Below, one piece after another: positions 53,969-64,000 of a DNA stretch of 64,000 nt. Below the pieces are notes generated by a model that was given only the letters and a program-made list of their open reading frames with translations, was not told the origin of the DNA and did not search any database. Every line of letters begins with the position of its first letter. The first letter of the stretch is position 1. The stretch covers positions 1 through 64,000 of the forward strand of contig CBFFRP010000563.1 of assembly GCA_965644295.1 (NCBI GenBank), written 5' to 3'. The translations under genes and the position numbers were made by a program. Origin of the DNA: Paraphysomonas bandaiensis. Taxonomy: Eukaryota; Protista; Chrysophyceae.

Positions 53969-56900
53969 ATGGTGGCACAAAACAATGATCTTAATGGTCC
54001 TAAGAGTATTGGTATGATAATCTTATTGTTTAGTAGCATTATTGCTGCAACTGCCAATACACTCCTATTTAAGATTGCATTGAATGCATTTTCATCACCA
54101 ACAACGAATTATGGTTTCTTTGTATCTCAATTTTCTACATTATTATATACACTTCAAGCTGTATTAATATCATGCATTATGATGTGGAGAGAAAATATTT
54201 CAATTAAGGATTTATTAACTACGAATCAGCCCGTATATCTCTATATGGGGGGATTAGATGCGGCAAGTGCAACTATTGGTGCTATTGCAGGTGCAGATAC
54301 ACCTGGAGAAATGCAAACTATTATAAATCAAATGATTATTCCATTAACAATGATTGGTGCCTTTTTATTTCTTGGATCACAATTTGAGACTTATCAAATA
54401 TGGGGAAGTGTATTGATATTATTTGGTGCTGCTGTCGCCTCCAGTGATTATTTATTTTACCCCACTCATCATGATGAAGATTCTAATGGTGGCATTGCAT
54501 TGCCCGTGGCGATTACATTGTACGTAATTTCAGTGGTTCCTTCTGCTCTGTCGAATATTTACAAGGAAAGGAAGATGAAGGAATTGGACATGAACGAAGT
54601 ACACACATCTACCATTGTCTCCTTTTGGCAACTTTGGATTGGATTTGTATTTTTACCGCTGCTCTCTCTTCCGTCGTTAGGTATCATTTTGTCGTGAATC
54701 ATATTGTCTGTAACGTGTATATTAGGTGGCTTGACGTATCATCAAATGACCTCTCAGCTCTCAGATGGCTTTACTTGTTTTATGGGGACCAACCCCAATG
54801 ACCCTGACCATGACTGCTCCAATTCAGCAGCTATACTACTTGTTTACATTGTCCTCAATTTCATATATAACATCATGATGTTAGCGATAACCAAGCGAGG
54901 CAGTGCTGTTCTATTGGTGATTTCTCAGGTGTATTTTGTCTTCGGTGTGTATTCCATCTGTATTGGTACATTTCGTTGCATTACCTTCTTTATTTATATA
55001 CGCTAATATTTATCTTCTTTAGGCCCTCTCTCTACCACTAACAAACATAGCGTTTACTTTGACACCTCTTATGGGTGATGATGCCGAGCCGCTATCAATA
55101 ATGGATTTAGTAGGACTGGTTCTGGTTTGCATTGGCTTTTTGGCCTATAGCGGGTTCGGTTTTGCTTCAAACTTTATGGTAGTCCAGGTAATAATCTCTT
55201 TTGTAACCAATCAGACCACGTGCACAATTTATTGATATTACGTATATATAGGGACCGCCTGGTCAGATGGCATATGCTCACTTCGAAGACCATGACGAAG
55301 TGATTGTATCAACGAAAGTGGCCAGCGACCCTCAGGAGCTTGCAGATTTCATTGTTGGATCTATACTTCAAAAACAGATATCACGGGAGCAAAGCTTAGT
55401 CAACCCAGGTATATGATACAAACAAGAGATTTATTGTCCTACAAAAGCAGGACTAACATGTTACCATTACGATATAATCCCAGTTATAGCTGGCGTTGTA
55501 AATTCTAATGAGAACTTCGTATATGTGGTCAATGTATAGTTTGATGATGTGGCATGTGATGAGTGATAGTATTATCTGTCAATCCGCTGATATCTCTCAC
55601 GAGAATCTGACGAGAGTCTACTACATATCATTCTGATGCTGCATTGTTATTCCTGATGGTTATTATGATTTCGATGATGACTTTGTGTATGTGGTCAATG
55701 TATAGTTTGATGATGTGGCATGTGATGAGTGATAGTATTATCTGTCAATCCGCTGATATCTCTCACGAGAATCTGACGAGAGTCTACTACATATCATTCT
55801 GATGCTGCATTGTTATTCCTGATGGTTATTATGATTTCGATGATGACTTTGTGTATGTGGTCAATGTATAGTTTGATGATGTGGCATGTGATGAGTGATA
55901 GTATTATCTGTCAATCCGCTGATATCTCTCACGAGAATCTGACGAGAGTCTACTACATATCATTCTGATGCTGCATTGTTATTCCTGATGGTTATTATGA
56001 TTTCGATGATGACTTTGTGTATGTGGTCAATGTATAGTTTGATGATGTGGCATGTGATGAGTGATAGTATTATCTGTCAATCCGCTGATATCTCTCACGA
56101 GAATCTGACGAGAGTCTACTACATATCATTCTGATGCTGCATTGTTATTCCTGATGGTTATTATGATTTCGATGATGACTTTGTGTATGTGGTCAATGTA
56201 TAGTTTGATGATGTGGCATGTGATGAGTGATAGTATTATCTGTCAATCCGCTGATATCTCTCACGAGAATCTGACGAGAGTCTACTACATATCATTCTGA
56301 TGCTGCATTGTTATTCCTGATGGTTATTATGATTTCGATGATGACTTTGTGTATGTGGTCAATGTATAGTTTGATGATGTGGCATGTGATGAGTGATAGT
56401 ATTATCTGTCAATCCGCTGATATCTCTCACGAGAATCTGACGAGAGTCTACTACATATCATTCTGATGCTGCATTGTTATTCCTGATGGTTATTATGATT
56501 TCGATGATGACTTTGTGTATGTGGTCAATGTATAGTTTGATGATGTGGCATGTGATGAGTGATAGTATTATCTGTCAATCCGCTGATATCTCTCACGAGA
56601 ATCTGACGAGAGTCTACTACATATCATTCTGATGCTGCATTGTTATTCCTGATGGTTATTATGATTTCGATGATGACTTTGTGTATGTGGTCAATGTATA
56701 GTTTGATGATGTGGCATGTGATGAGTGATAGTATTATCTGTCAATCCGCTGATATCTCTCACGAGAATCTGACGAGAGTCTACTACATATCATTCTGATG
56801 CTGCATTGTTATTCCTGATGGTTATTATGATTTCGATGATGACTTTGTATATGTGGTCAATGTATAGTTTGATGATGTGGCATGTGATGAGTGATAGTAT

Positions 56901-59515
56901 TATCTGTCAATCCGCTGATATCTCTCACGAGAATCTGACGAGAGTCTACTACATATCATTCTGATGCTGCATTGTTATTCCTGATGGTTATTATGATTTC
57001 GATGATGACTTTGTGTATGTGGTCAATGTATAGTTTGATGATGTGGCATGTGATGAGTGATAGTATTATCTGTCAATCCGCTGATATCTCTCACGAGAAT
57101 CTGACGAGAGTCTACTACATATCATTCTGATGCTGCATTGTTATTCCTGATGGTTATTATGATTTCGATGATGACTTTGTGTATGTGGTCAATGTATAGT
57201 TTGATGATGTGGCATGTGATGAGTGATAGTATTATCTGTCAATCCGCTGATATCTCTCACGAGAATCTGACGAGAGTCTACTACATATCATTCTGATGCT
57301 GCATTGTTATTCCTGATGGTTATTATGATTTCGATGATGACTTTGTGTATGTGGTCAATGTATAGTTTGATGATGTGGCATGTGATGAGTGATAGTATTA
57401 TCTGTCAATCCGCTGATATCTCTCACGAGAATCTGACGAGAGTCTACTACATATCATTCTGATGCTGCATTGTTATTCCTGATGGTTATTATGATTTCGA
57501 TGATGACTTTGTGTATGTGGTCAATGTATAGTTTGATGATGTGGCATGTGATGAGTGATAGTATTATCTGTCAATCCGCTGATATCTCTCACGAGAATCT
57601 GACGAGAGTCTACTACATATCATTCTGATGCTGCATTGTTATTCCTGATGGTTATTATGATTTCGATGATGACTTTGTGTATGTGGTCAATGTATAGTTT
57701 GATGATGTGGCATGTGATGAGTGATAGTATTATCTGTCAATCCGCTGATATCTCTCACGAGAATCTGACGAGAGTCTACTACATATCATTCTGATGCTGC
57801 ATTGTTATTCCTGATGGTTATTATGATTTCGATGATGACTTTGTGTATGTGGTCAATGTATAGTTTGATGATGTGGCATGTGATGAGTGATAGTATTATC
57901 TGTCAATCCGCTGATATCTCTCACGAGAATCTGACGAGAGTCTACTACATATCATTCTGATGCTGCATTGTTATTCCTGATGGTTATTATGATTTCGATG
58001 ATGACTTTGTGTATGTGGTCAATGTATAGTTTGATGATGTGGCATGTGATGAGTGATAGTATTATCTGTCAATCCGCTGATATCTCTCACGAGAATCTGA
58101 CGAGAGTCTACTACATATCATTCTGATGCTGCATTGTTATTCCTGATGGTTATTATGATTTCGATGATGACTTTGTGTATGTGGTCAATGTATAGTTTGA
58201 TGATGTGGCATGTGATGAGTGATAGTATTATCTGTCAATCCGCTGATATCTCTCACGAGAATCTGACGAGAGTCTACTACATATCATTCTGATGCTGCAT
58301 TGTTATTCCTGATGGTTATTATGATTTCGATGATGACTTTGTATATGTGGTCAATGTATAGTTTGATGATGTGGCATGTGATGAGTGATAGTATTATCTG
58401 TCAATCCGCTGATATCTCTCACGAGAATCTGACGAGAGTCTACTACATATCATTCTGATGCTGCATTGTTATTCCTGATGGTTATTATGATTTCGATGAT
58501 GACTTTGTATATGTGGTCAATGTATAGTTTGATGATGTGGCATGTGATGAGTGATAGTATTATCTGTCAATCCGCTGATATCTCTCACGAGAATCTGACG
58601 AGAGTCTACTACATATCATTCTGATGCTGCATTGTTATTCCTGATGGTTATTATGATTTCGATGATGACTTTGTATATGTGGTCAATGTATAGTTTGATG
58701 ATGTGGCATGTGATGAGTGATAGTATTATCTGTCAATCCGCTGATATCTCTCACGAGAATCTGACGAGAGTCTACTACATATCATTCTGATGCTGCATTG
58801 TTATTCCTGATGGTTATTATGATTTCGATGATGACTTTGTGTATGTGGTCAATGTATAGTTTGATGATGTGGCATGTGATGAGTGATAGTATTATCTGTC
58901 AATCCGCTGATATCTCTCACGAGAATCTGACGAGAGTCTACTACATATCATTCTGATGCTGCATTGTTATTCCTGATGGTTATTATGATTTCGATGATGA
59001 CTTTGTGTATGTGGTCAATGTATAGTTTGATGATGTGGCATGTGATGAGTGATAGTATTATCTGTCAATCCGCTGATATCTCTCACGAGAATCTGACGAG
59101 AGTCTACTACATATCATTCTGATGCTGCATTGTTATTCCTGATGGTTATTATGATTTCGATGATGACTTTGTGTATGTGGTCCATGTAATGTATTGTTGT
59201 TGTTTTTTTTCTAAATTTTTTTGTGCAGTAGATGATGAGCGCTCTCTTCTTGTTTCGAATGATGATTCTTCGAATCCATTGGAGGCGAGTACGGCGGCTT
59301 TAGATGTGTTAAAGCAAGCCACTGTGATTGTTGAGAAGCATGTGAGGGCTCTTCAAAGAGGGGTAACTGCTACTCACATGACCACGCCAGAGATTATGCG
59401 AAGATACAACACAGTTACATCGTCGCCGCATACAGGCAATAAAATTACTTCGCACAATTCTTCGAAGACTAAAGATTATAATTACGGTAGTATAGAAATG
59501 CCACTGCAGGAGTAA
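53969..59515 (+). CDS. CRT-like (chloroquine resistance transporter family, DMT superfamily) transporter; exons 53969-54680, 54726-54928, 55023-55187, 55252-55408, 59229-59515
   Basis: About 10 TM segments with LDA..TIGAIA..TPGEMQTIINQMIIP.TM, PSALSNIYKE, GFTCFMG.NP and YNIMMLAITKRGSA motifs. The phase-1 donor at 55409 matches the phase-1 acceptor at 59228. Confidence 0.85.
55519..59182 (+). repeat. 166-bp tandem array, 22 complete units, each carrying a box C/D snoRNA; located in the last intron of the CRT-like gene
   Basis: GTGGTC anchor at 55525, 55691, 55857 ... 59177 (3652/166 = 22). Units appear identical except one G/A variant in the spacer. Confidence 0.95.
55551..55640 (+). ncRNA. 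Box C/D snoRNA (SNORD110/snoR14-like guide for 18S rRNA Um); first of 22 copies, repeating every 166 bp
   Basis: C box GTGATGA 55556-62, guide ATCTGTCAATCC 55574-85, D' CTGA 55587-90, TCTC/GAGA internal hairpin, C' TGACGA 55608-13, D CTGA 55633-36 and terminal stem GGCA/TGCT. The guide is the reverse complement of the conserved 18S GGATTGACAGAT. Same strand as the host gene. Confidence 0.88.
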
Positions 59516-60095
59516 ATGTAGGACAAGTGGATTATGTTATTGTTTTGTTGATAACGATTTTGACATAGAACGAGCTTGAAGATGAGAGATAATAAATATA
59601 TAAGCAGTTTTATAATTAGAATTTTAACAAAGTGTTTACACTATCTACTTCTTGGTTAGTACTCGAAAGAACAGCAGCGCTTTTTCCTACGATATTCAAT
59701 GTGAGAATAGTTCTATTATTCTTACATAAAGCATATGGTCCAGCATGAGTTGAAATGAAATCTACTCCTATATATATACAAGTCGTGTGTATTATAAAAT
59801 CAACTGAATAAATGGTTGTAGATAAATATTAGTACTAGCGGTTTCAAATCAATCACACTATCATAACAATGTGATCATACAATATCTTGAGTTTGGAGTA
59901 ATTTTTATATTGAGCTTTGCTATTTGATGGCAATGAAAAGCTGAAGTTCTATGACCGTTACATGAAGGAATACAGTTGTTATTCGCAGTATTACATGCAC
60001 TATTGAGATTATGGTAATCATGAGTAGTGAAGCTGAAATATACTGACTGTATAAGATCGTATGAAAATGATTGGTACTTGAGATAGTGTAAATTT

Positions 60096-60575
60096 CCCTC
60101 AACAAAGTCGAACTCGCACCTTTTCGTGGTGTTCTGGAGGATAAGTACCGGACAGATTCTCTCTGGAAAACTAACGTGAGCCGCATACGCAGTCAGCAGA
60201 TAGAGTTCTGCCCTCTCATAGCCATGTGCTTGTGTGGTACAAGGGACACCAATAAGTGTCACTTGTGTAGACGTCTTTGGGCCCTGACGAATAAACAGGC
60301 ATCCGGGACAGGGCCCACCTGAAGGGTAACCGGGGTATTGGGCTGCCTGCTGAAGTCAAGCATCCGGGATGTTCACCTTAAGAACTCAGAGTGGAAGTGG
60401 TCGCACCTTGGTGATTGCGGTGACGCACAAGCAGCTTCCGTAGCGTTAAGTAGTAGGATGAAAAAAGTGTTTGCTGATTAGTTACAAGTAGAAGTCTAAC
60501 TAGTATGTCTAGCATTCATCTAGCTACTAAGTTGGTGCAGGTTTTTAACGCCTATTGCTAATAATAAGACTTTCA
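60096..60575 (+). repeat. Dispersed GCATCCGGG-motif repeat, copy 2
   Basis: Starts CCCTCAACAAAGTCGAACTCGCA and aligns with 60969-61320 and with the reverse complement of 12412-12820. Confidence 0.85.
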
Positions 60576-60968
60576 ATATATATGTAATTTGGCGAATGAC
60601 AATGAATGATATGTGAGATTCATCATAATTTATAATTATAGCATTGAGTGTGAACAGGAAGTATCTTGTATATTTTATATGTTATCTAGCGACAAAAATT
60701 GCATAAATGGTAAATTACATTCCTTATGACACAATCCATTGTCCAAGTGTTGGTCAACTTCAAATTTTGTCATGAAATTAGGATTATGAGGCCATTCTTT
60801 AGTGACAATCCAAATTTCATGATCCCAGGTAAACAACAGTACAATTAAATACACACTAATAACATATAGAAATTGACGTTAATATTCGTTACATTAAAAT
60901 GGATATATATCTGACGGTTACATATAGTGGTGAGATGAATGCAGATGTTACGATGATATTTCTATGAG

Positions 60969-61320
60969 CCCTCAACAAAGTCGAACTCGCATCTTTTCGT
61001 GGTGTTCTGGGGGATAAGTACCGGAGAGGTTTTCTTTGGGAAAATAACGTGAGCCGCATACGCAGTCAGCAGATAGAGTTCCGCCCTCTCATAGCCTGCT
61101 TGTGTGGTGCAAGTGCAGGGACACTGATGTAAGTGTTACTTGTGTAGACGTCTCTGGGCTCTGACGAATACACAGGCATCCAGGAACAGGGTCCATCTGA
61201 AGGGCATCCGGGACAGTGAGATGCATGCTGAAGTCAAGCATCCGAGCTGCTCATCTGAAGGACTCAACCATCCTGAAGTCAGCAGGAGTCAGTGATTGAG
61301 TGAAAGTGGAGATGGTTGCA
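60969..61320 (+). repeat. Dispersed GCATCCGGG-motif repeat, copy 3
   Basis: Direct diverged repeat of 60096-60400 with the same start. Confidence 0.85.
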
Positions 61321-61591
61321 TTTTGATGCATACAATGATGATATCAGCAACTATCGTAGCATGATATTGTAAGATATCAGAGTTATGCATTGACTGTTCC
61401 ACGCTTCTTGTTAATATGCAAGACCTTCACTACCATATCCATCTATACTTATATAAAAGTCAGTTAAGAAAATCTTAAAAAATAGCCAATATTTGGTTTT
61501 TTTAAGGGGTTTTGGGATTTTGGGTATGAAAAATGGACTTATTTGGACCCGGTCATCCCTTCCATACAGCTCCCACTTTGGCCCAGCATTT

Positions 61592-61663
61592 TCCAGACCA
61601 TACCAGGCCAGACCAGACCAGGCCAGACCAGACCAGACCAGACCAGGCCAGACCAGACCAGAC
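61592..61663. repeat. (CCAGA/CCAGG)n pentanucleotide microsatellite
   Basis: Direct reading. Confidence 0.9.
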
Positions 61664-61846
61664 CCAAGAGACGGTATATAGAAGTGGATGGGGGTTGTTT
61701 TTTTGGGGGAGGGAAATTTTCACATCTATAAAACAAGGAAAATTTCAAAATAGTTGAGTTTTTGTAACTAAAACTGGCATATTTATGGAATGAGTTTGTT
61801 CATAGTGAAGAGTCGTAGAGTTGGTGTTGTTAATAGCAGTCTCACG

Positions 61847-61987
61847 TATCGGCATCCTTTGTGTATTTTTGTTCAAAGATGCCTCTAATATTGAGACAAT
61901 AATTATCAGTATTCCAGCTGTAGTTGTATGTATGTACTATAGACAATTTTTACTTCAATTTATTTCCGAATAATAAGATGCTGACTC
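61847..61987 (-). repeat. Dispersed ~140-bp repeat, copy 3
   Basis: GTATCGGCATCC...GCCTCTAATATTGAGACAATAA...ATAAGATGCTGAC is the reverse complement of 2770-2909. Confidence 0.85.
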
Positions 61988-62066
61988 TGATACACATCTC
62001 ACATCATCTCAATCCATATACATACATTGAAATAAAGCCAATCCATCCCATAATTCTCATTAAAAG

Positions 62067-62353
62067 ATGAAAGATTTTAATAAAACTATTAATAAAAAAC
62101 GTAAATTATCATTCTTAAGATCAACAGGTGTGTGTATGTGTGTATATGGAGAGATGGAGGGGTATGAGTGTAATTGTTGATTAATGCAGCTATGAAGAGA
62201 CTGAAAACATCAGAAACAAATCAAAGTCATGAAGAAAAACAATCAAATCCATATTTAAAAGAAGTTTTAAAATTAAAAAAAACTATCAAGAATTGGGACT
62301 GTTTATTCAGTGCAGATGCAGAGAGACGCATGGAAGACTGGATCCGTATAGAT
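62067..62353 (+). CDS. First two exons of an unknown gene (62067-62127, 62190-62353), continues beyond the window
   Basis: MKDFNKTINKKRKLSFLRST-A-MKRLKTSE...RRMEDWIRID, with a phase-consistent GT-AG intron, a GTAAGA donor at 62354 and NLS-like KKRK. Confidence 0.55.
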
Positions 62354-64000
62354 GTAAGATACATGTGCACTATACACTATATATGTATATGTATGGAAGA
62401 CTGGATCCGTATAGATGTAAGATACATGTGCACTATACACTATATATGTATGTATGGAAGACTGGATCCGTATAGATGTAAGATACATGTGCACTATACA
62501 CTATATATGTATATGTATGGAAGACTGGATCCGTATAGATGTAAGATACATGTGCACTATACACTATATATGTATATGTATGGAAGACTGGATCCGTATA
62601 GATGTAAGATACATGTGCACTATACACTATATATGTATGTATGGAAGACTGGATCCGTATAGATGTAAGATACATGTGCACTATACACTATATATGTATA
62701 TGTATGGAAGACTGGATCCGTATAGATGTAAGATACATGTGCACTATACACTATATATGTATGTATGGAAGACTGGATCCGTATAGATGTAAGATACATG
62801 TGCACTATACACTATATATGTATATGTATGGAAGACTGGATCCGTATAGATGTAAGATACATGTGCACTATACACTATATATGTATATGTATGGAAGACT
62901 GGATCCGTATAGATGTAAGATACATGTGCACTATACACTATATATGTATATGTATGGAAGACTGGATCCGTATAGATGTAAGATACATGTGCACTATACA
63001 CTATATATGTATATGTATGGAAGACTGGATCCGTATAGATGTAAGATACATGTGCACTATACACTATATATGTATATGTATGGAAGACTGGATCCGTATA
63101 GATGTAAGATACATGTGCACTATACACTATATATGTATATGTATGGAAGACTGGATCCGTATAGATGTAAGATACATGTGCACTATACACTATATATGTA
63201 TATGTATGGAAGACTGGATCCGTATAGATGTAAGATACATGTGCACTATACACTATATATGTATGTATATGTATGTATGGAAGACTGGATCCGTATAGAT
63301 GTAAGATACATGTGCACTATATATGTATATGTATGGAAGACTGGATCCGTATAGATGTAAGATACATGTGCACTATACACTATATATGTATATGTATGGA
63401 AGACTGGATCCGTATAGATGTAAGATACATGTGCACTATACACTATATATGTATATGTATGGAAGACTGGATCCGTATAGAGGTAAGATACATGTGCACT
63501 ATACACTATATATGTATATGTATGGAAGACTGGATCCGTATAGATGTAAGATACATGTGCACTATACACTATATATGTATGTATATGTATGTATGGAAGA
63601 CTGGATCCGTATAGATGTAAGATACATGTGCACTATACACTATATATGTATATGTATGGAAGACTGGATCCGTATAGATGTAAGATACATGTGCACTATA
63701 CACTATATATGTATATGTATGGAAGACTGGATCCGTATAGATGTAAGATACATGTGCACTATACACTATATATGTATATGTATGCATGGAAGACTGGATC
63801 CGTATAGATGTAAGATACATGTGCACTATACACTATATATGTATATGTATGGAAGACTGGATCCGTATAGATGTAAGATACATGTGCACTATACACTATA
63901 TATGTATATGTATGGAAGACTGGATCCGTATAGATGTAAGATACATGTGCACTATACACTATATATGTATATGTATGCATGGAAGACTGGATCCGTATAG
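62330..64000 (+). repeat. 61/63-bp minisatellite (~27 units to the window end) made of the exon 3' end plus 5' splice site
   Basis: Unit ATGGAAGACTGGATCCGTATAGAT|GTAAGATACATGTGCACTATACACTATATATGTATATGT. The first unit overlaps the exon. Confidence 0.95.

Noticed and set aside
55484-55518. Extra CRT-like exon before the array
   Set aside because: The available GT donors are phase 0, while the final exon needs phase 1.
55519-59182. CRISPR array
   Set aside because: Units are identical end to end with no unique spacers, there are no cas genes, and the context is a eukaryotic intron.
60284-60320. Hammerhead ribozyme (CTGACGA core)
   Set aside because: No stem II followed by GAAA, and the motif is not kept in the 12.7-kb copy.

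Overview
Eukaryotic nuclear DNA: intron-rich, AT-rich intergenic regions, GT-AG introns. The gene set and motifs suggest a stramenopile or similar protist (inference). Recognisable genes: a NIDO-IPT-AMOP-vWD-Sushi-TM (Mesh/SUSD2/MUC4-like) surface protein, a cyclin Y/PHO80-type cyclin, intronless eEF3, a membrane-anchored PD-(D/E)XK REase-fold protein, a multi-exon large NAD-glutamate dehydrogenase, eIF4G, a secreted N-glycosylation-rich coiled-coil protein, a CRT-like transporter and the start of an unknown gene. Mobile DNA: the 5' end of an LTR retrotransposon with a tRNA-Ala-type PBS plus a solo LTR, a copia gag-protease remnant, a non-autonomous MULE-like element with a perfect 10-bp TSD, two foldbacks and several dispersed repeat families. 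The main finding is in the last intron of the CRT-like gene: 22 near-identical 166-bp tandem units. Each unit encodes a complete box C/D snoRNA (C, D', C', D boxes, terminal stem) whose D' guide is complementary to the conserved 18S rRNA sequence GGAUUGACAGAU (SNORD110/snoR14-type target). This is an apparent satellite that is actually a massively amplified intronic snoRNA polycistron. All coordinates and splice models were read by hand.
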